From assembly GCF_000143415.4 (NCBI RefSeq), contig NW_003314337.1:850711-914710 (forward strand): 64,000 bases of DNA, written 5' to 3'. The translations under genes and the position numbers were made by a program. Below are positions 60,652 through 64,000 of this stretch, piece after piece. The stretch comes from Selaginella moellendorffii (lineage: Eukaryota > Plantae > Lycopodiophyta). The first letter of the stretch is position 1; each line of letters opens with the position of its first letter. The notes beneath the pieces were generated by a model. That model saw nothing but the letters and a program-made list of their open reading frames with translations. It made no database searches and had not been told where the DNA came from.

Positions 60652-60766
60652 TTTAGGGTTTAGGGTTTAGGGTTTAGGGTTTAGGGTTTAGGGTTTAGGT
60701 TTAGGGTTTAGGGTTTAGGTTTAGGGTTTAGGGTTTAGGTTTAGGGTTTAGGGTTTAGGGTTTAGG
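60652..60766 (+). repeat. Telomeric repeat tract with TTTAGG variants
   Basis: Directly visible. Confidence 0.97.
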
Positions 60767-60923
60767 ATTTTGGAATTGTGATTAGCCAAAAGCACTCCAC
60801 ATTGCTTGATCCAGTGGAACTCAAGAATGCTAGAGATCGGCTATGGCAATCTGAGATAAGAGGAAAAACTAGAGAAAATTTATAATGAAAAATTCACTAA
60901 AGGGAAAGGAAATACATTGGCAT

Positions 60924-60977
60924 GACAACCCGAGACCGGTTTCGTCCTTTTTGGGACTCATCAGCCGGGTGTAGTCG
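60924..60977 (-). ncRNA. Minimal type I hammerhead ribozyme
   Basis: 54 bp identical to 31754-31807. Confidence 0.93.
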
Positions 60978-61491
60978 CCATGAAAATGGTCTAACCTAGC
61001 CCCTCTTTTCCTCTATTTATACCCAGATGCCTTAAGAATATTCAAGAAGCTTTGAAAATATCCAACTGTTTTAGAATTTCAAAGATCTTGTGGTGGAGTG
61101 TGAGCAGGCAAGCTTGGAGGAACAGCCTCACAGACTTGGTTGTCACTAGCCACTTATCTTATATATTATGATGGTGGTATTGATTGCTATTATTATGAGT
61201 TTATTTTCTACAAATTTTGGTTTGTAGAAAATAAAATATGAGTTTTAATGACATCTTTGTGCAAGGCACAAGATGTGATAGTCCCTTGAAATTTCAGAAA
61301 AATTTCAGAGAAGAGGTGGTGGTGATTTTAATTAGCTCAGTATATTTCCCTCAAATTTTGTTTGTAGAGAATAGATGTGAACTTCAATGACATCACTGTG
61401 CAAGGCACAAGATATAATAATCAATTGAAATTTCAAAAAAGTTGAAAATTTCAAAGACTGAAATAGGAAATAAACAAGCTTAGTGGTGTGA

Positions 61492-61842
61492 AGCTTATTC
61501 ATAGCAGTATATTGTGAACGGTGATGGTGATGGTTATCAGCCATGCAGCACGTCCTAATTGTTCCTTATCATGTTTAATAGCCAACCTCAAAAGTTATTT
61601 CAAAGCATCAGAATATTCCAAGAATATTCCACTCCGACTTTGCAAGAGGTAGCTTATTCATAGCAGTATATTGTGAACGGTGATGGTGATGGATATCAGC
61701 CATGCAACACGTCCTAATTGTTCCTCATCATGTTTAATAGCTAACCTCAAAAAATATTTCAAAGCATCAGAATATTCCAGGAATATTCCACTCCGAGTTT
61801 GCAAGAGGTAGCTTTGGGCAAGTCCAAGGTAGCTTATTCATA
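61492..61842. repeat. 159-bp tandem duplication in the PLE2 3' UTR
   Basis: AGCTTATTCATA occurs at 61492, 61651 and 61831. Confidence 0.85.
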
Positions 61843-63681
61843 TGGTGGGAGTCTCGCTGAAACCAAGTGGGAAGCAAGGTTTGGGGACCGTGTCCAGCAT
61901 GTGATCACTCTGGGGAGTGAGTCTGATGGAACTTCAGAAATCACCTGTTTAGGGTTTAGGGTGTTCCCCACATCAAGTGCCGCACTATGGAGAGTATAAG
62001 GCAGCTTGAAAATGAGGGGGGCCTGTAGACTATTGCTACTGGATTTGCGTGATGGAGAGTAGAGCACATTATCTCGGTCCGTATAATGGATTGTCCGGAA
62101 AGCTTCAATAAGGAAGGCTCTTGGGTATCCACGTGCACGGAGACGAGTATAGAAAAGCTTGCGAATTGCACAGAAGCTCTCAGGGTTACTCTCTCGTAGG
62201 AGGTAACGCCGAAGTTCAGCACGAATGAAGGCAATCTTTTGGTGTCGAGGATGCGTTGAGTTCCATGGAAGATATTGGTATGCATTTAGTGGCTTTTGAA
62301 AGGTGGTGGAGTCTAGGCACCTGCATTTCTCAAAACGTGGGCCTTTGAAAAAATGGATGTCTAGAATATCCATAGATTCAAATGAGATCACTGAGGTGAT
62401 CTTTATAGAATTGCAGAGGCTTCCATAGCTAGCCAACCAGCATTCCAAGCTCTCTTTTGATCCATCCCAAATTCCAACACCATCGTCAATATATCTCTTA
62501 AGATATATTGGCCATTTAGAAGAGGTGGCCTTAAATTCGTCCTCGAGGGAACAAAGAAAAAGGCAAGCATACACCACAGCAAAGTTTGACCCCATAGCAG
62601 TGCCTCGGATTTGAAGGAAATAACTCCCATCAAACTCAACATAATTGTGTTCAAGGATGAGTCCTGCAGCAGCCATGATAAAGCGTGCTTGCATCGAATC
62701 TCCAAAATTTCTATATACAAAGTTATGGAGGCGATAGAGCCCTTCACGTGTGGGAATGCTCGGGTAGAGCGACTCCACATCAAAAGTGAAGAGGAGGCAG
62801 TCTTTTGGGAGCTGTTGTTTATGAAGATCATGAAGGAGGGTGTGGGAGTCCATAAGAAAGGTTTCCTGTTGGAGGAGAATGCCAAAAAGTTGGCGGTGGA
62901 GCCATTTTGCAAGTGGCTCCCAAATGTAGCCAACATAGCTAGCAATTGGTCTCCCACGAATTGGCTGCTTGTGTATTTTTGGAAGAAAATACAACAAACA
63001 AGCTTTACGTGGAGGTGAGGGCAAAGTGATGAGGTACTTGGCTGTGTTCTTGTCCAGCCATGAGCAAGATTTATACTTCAGGAGAAGTTCGAGGAGGCGC
63101 TCATGCATGGGTTGATGTGGAATCGACTCAACTCTCTTGTAGNNNNNNNNNNNNNNNNNNNNNNNNNNNNNNNNNNNNNNNNNNNNNNNNNNNNNNNNNN
63201 NNNNNNNNNNNNNNNNNNNNNNNNNNNNNNNNNNNNNNNNNNNNNNNNNNNNNNNNNNNNNNNNNNNNNNNNNNNNNNNNNNNNNNNNNNNNNNNNNNNN
63301 NNNNNNNNNNNNNNNNNNNNNNNNNNNNNNNNNNTGCTCTCGAATGCGGGCAACTCGTGACTCCATGTGCCAGGAAGCAGGGGGAGGATCAAAGTTTGGG
63401 TTGGGAACCCGAAACTCTGGTATAAGACTGTTGCTGTCCTTAAACGAATGACGAAGACGGACTGAGCGTTGAAAGTCATCTAAGCATTCCATAATCTTTT
63501 TGGCCGTGAGAGGCACTGGATTAGGAATGAATGAGAGCCCAAGAGCAAGGAGGCGCTTTTCAGCGGCACTCAACATGCGAGAAGACAAATTGTGAACAGC
63601 ACCAATCTCCACTCTATTTTCTAGCTGGGAAACTTTTTGATTGCCGGCAAAACGAAGTAAAGCTTCATGCGGGGCAATCAA
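61834..63681 (-). CDS. PLE reverse transcriptase (contains an N gap; probably 5'-truncated), no GIY-YIG domain
   Basis: Motifs are HNLSSR..LGLSF, LPKIHK..GRPI, FDVESLYPSIP, RGTAMGS and RYIDDG. Confidence 0.95.
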   Translation of the reverse strand: MIAPHEALLRFAGNQKVSQLENRVEIGAVHNLSSRMLSAAEKRLLALGLSFIPNPVPLTAKKIMECLDDFQRSVRLRHSFKDSNSLIPEFRVPNPNFDPPPASWHMESRVARIREXXXXXXXXXXXXXXXXXXXXXXXXXXXXXXXXXXXXXXXXXXXXXXXXXXXXXXXXXXXXXXXXXYKRVESIPHQPMHERLLELLLKYKSCSWLDKNTAKYLITLPSPPRKACLLYFLPKIHKQPIRGRPIASYVGYIWEPLAKWLHRQLFGILLQQETFLMDSHTLLHDLHKQQLPKDCLLFTFDVESLYPSIPTREGLYRLHNFVYRNFGDSMQARFIMAAAGLILEHNYVEFDGSYFLQIRGTAMGSNFAVVYACLFLCSLEDEFKATSSKWPIYLKRYIDDGVGIWDGSKESLECWLASYGSLCNSIKITSVISFESMDILDIHFFKGPRFEKCRCLDSTTFQKPLNAYQYLPWNSTHPRHQKIAFIRAELRRYLLRESNPESFCAIRKLFYTRLRARGYPRAFLIEAFRTIHYTDRDNVLYSPSRKSSSNSLQAPLIFKLPYTLHSAALDVGNTLNPKQVISEVPSDSLPRVITCWTRSPNLASHLVSARLPPYE

Positions 63682-63696
63682 AGGTAGCCAGAAACT

Positions 63697-63993
63697 TTTA
63701 GGGTTTAGGGTTTAGGGTTTAGGGTTTAGGGTTTAGGGGTTTAGGGTTTAGGGTTTACCGATCTACGGTTTACGCCTCATCGGTCTAGAGTTTAGAGTTT
63801 AGGGTTCAGGGCATCCGGTCAGAGCCTTAGGAAAAACGCCTTCAGGTCTACCTTTAGGGTTTACCGTTCAGGGTTCAGGCCTTAGGGTCTCAGGTTTAGC
63901 GTTCTAGGGTTCAGGGTTTAGGGTTTAGGGTTTAGGCTTTCCCGGTTTAGGGTTTAGGCTCTAGGGTTTAGGGTTTAGGGTTTAGGGTTTAGG
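63697..63993 (+). repeat. Telomeric repeat tract with a degenerate centre
   Basis: Perfect TTTAGGG at both ends and degenerate at 63757-63960. It is followed by GGCGCGT, the same junction as at 60461. Confidence 0.92.
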
Positions 63994-64000
63994 CGCGTCC

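Larger units (their letters stand above)
60767..63696 (-). mobile_element. Penelope-like element family 2 (AT-rich), telomere-flanked, endonuclease-less
   Basis: It has an RT ORF, a 3' region with a hammerhead, and telomeric tracts at both ends. Confidence 0.93.

Noticed and set aside
63757-63960. Degenerate telomeric units as a novel repeat type
   Set aside because: They cannot be distinguished from low-quality read sequence without traces.

Overview
This is eukaryotic land-plant DNA with TTTAGGG telomeric repeats, 47-57 nt introns and PPR/PP2C relics. It most resembles a Selaginella-type lycophyte subtelomere (inference), with the chromosome end towards the right. I see no intact host protein gene. 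There are four layers. (1) Endonuclease-less Penelope-like retroelements (PLEs) of two families carry an identical hammerhead ribozyme and are interleaved with telomeric repeats at 60.4-64 kb. One telomere-capped fragment ends exactly at the ribozyme cleavage site. (2) A sequence-specific L1/Tx1-like LINE and a ~1.7 kb non-coding partner element have inserted at least 10 times in tandem (1-31.6 kb) into one 16-bp site, AATCCGGCGAGATCGC, in the PLE terminal region. The empty site is visible at 60505. A second array of the partner sits at a different site (35.2-40.3 kb). (3) A 13.9-kb Sola-like DNA transposon (24-bp TIRs, AATT TSD) is nested in LINE ORF1. It encodes a DDD transposase and a divergent 11-exon, ~1,644-codon gene predicted to fuse ParB-like, degenerate DNA-methyltransferase-like, acidic and FCP1-like phosphatase regions. 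It also carries ~30 copies of a palindromic motif, many inside introns. (4) Old LTR/LINE debris, satellites and a divergent but structurally compensated 5S rRNA-like gene occupy 40-60 kb.
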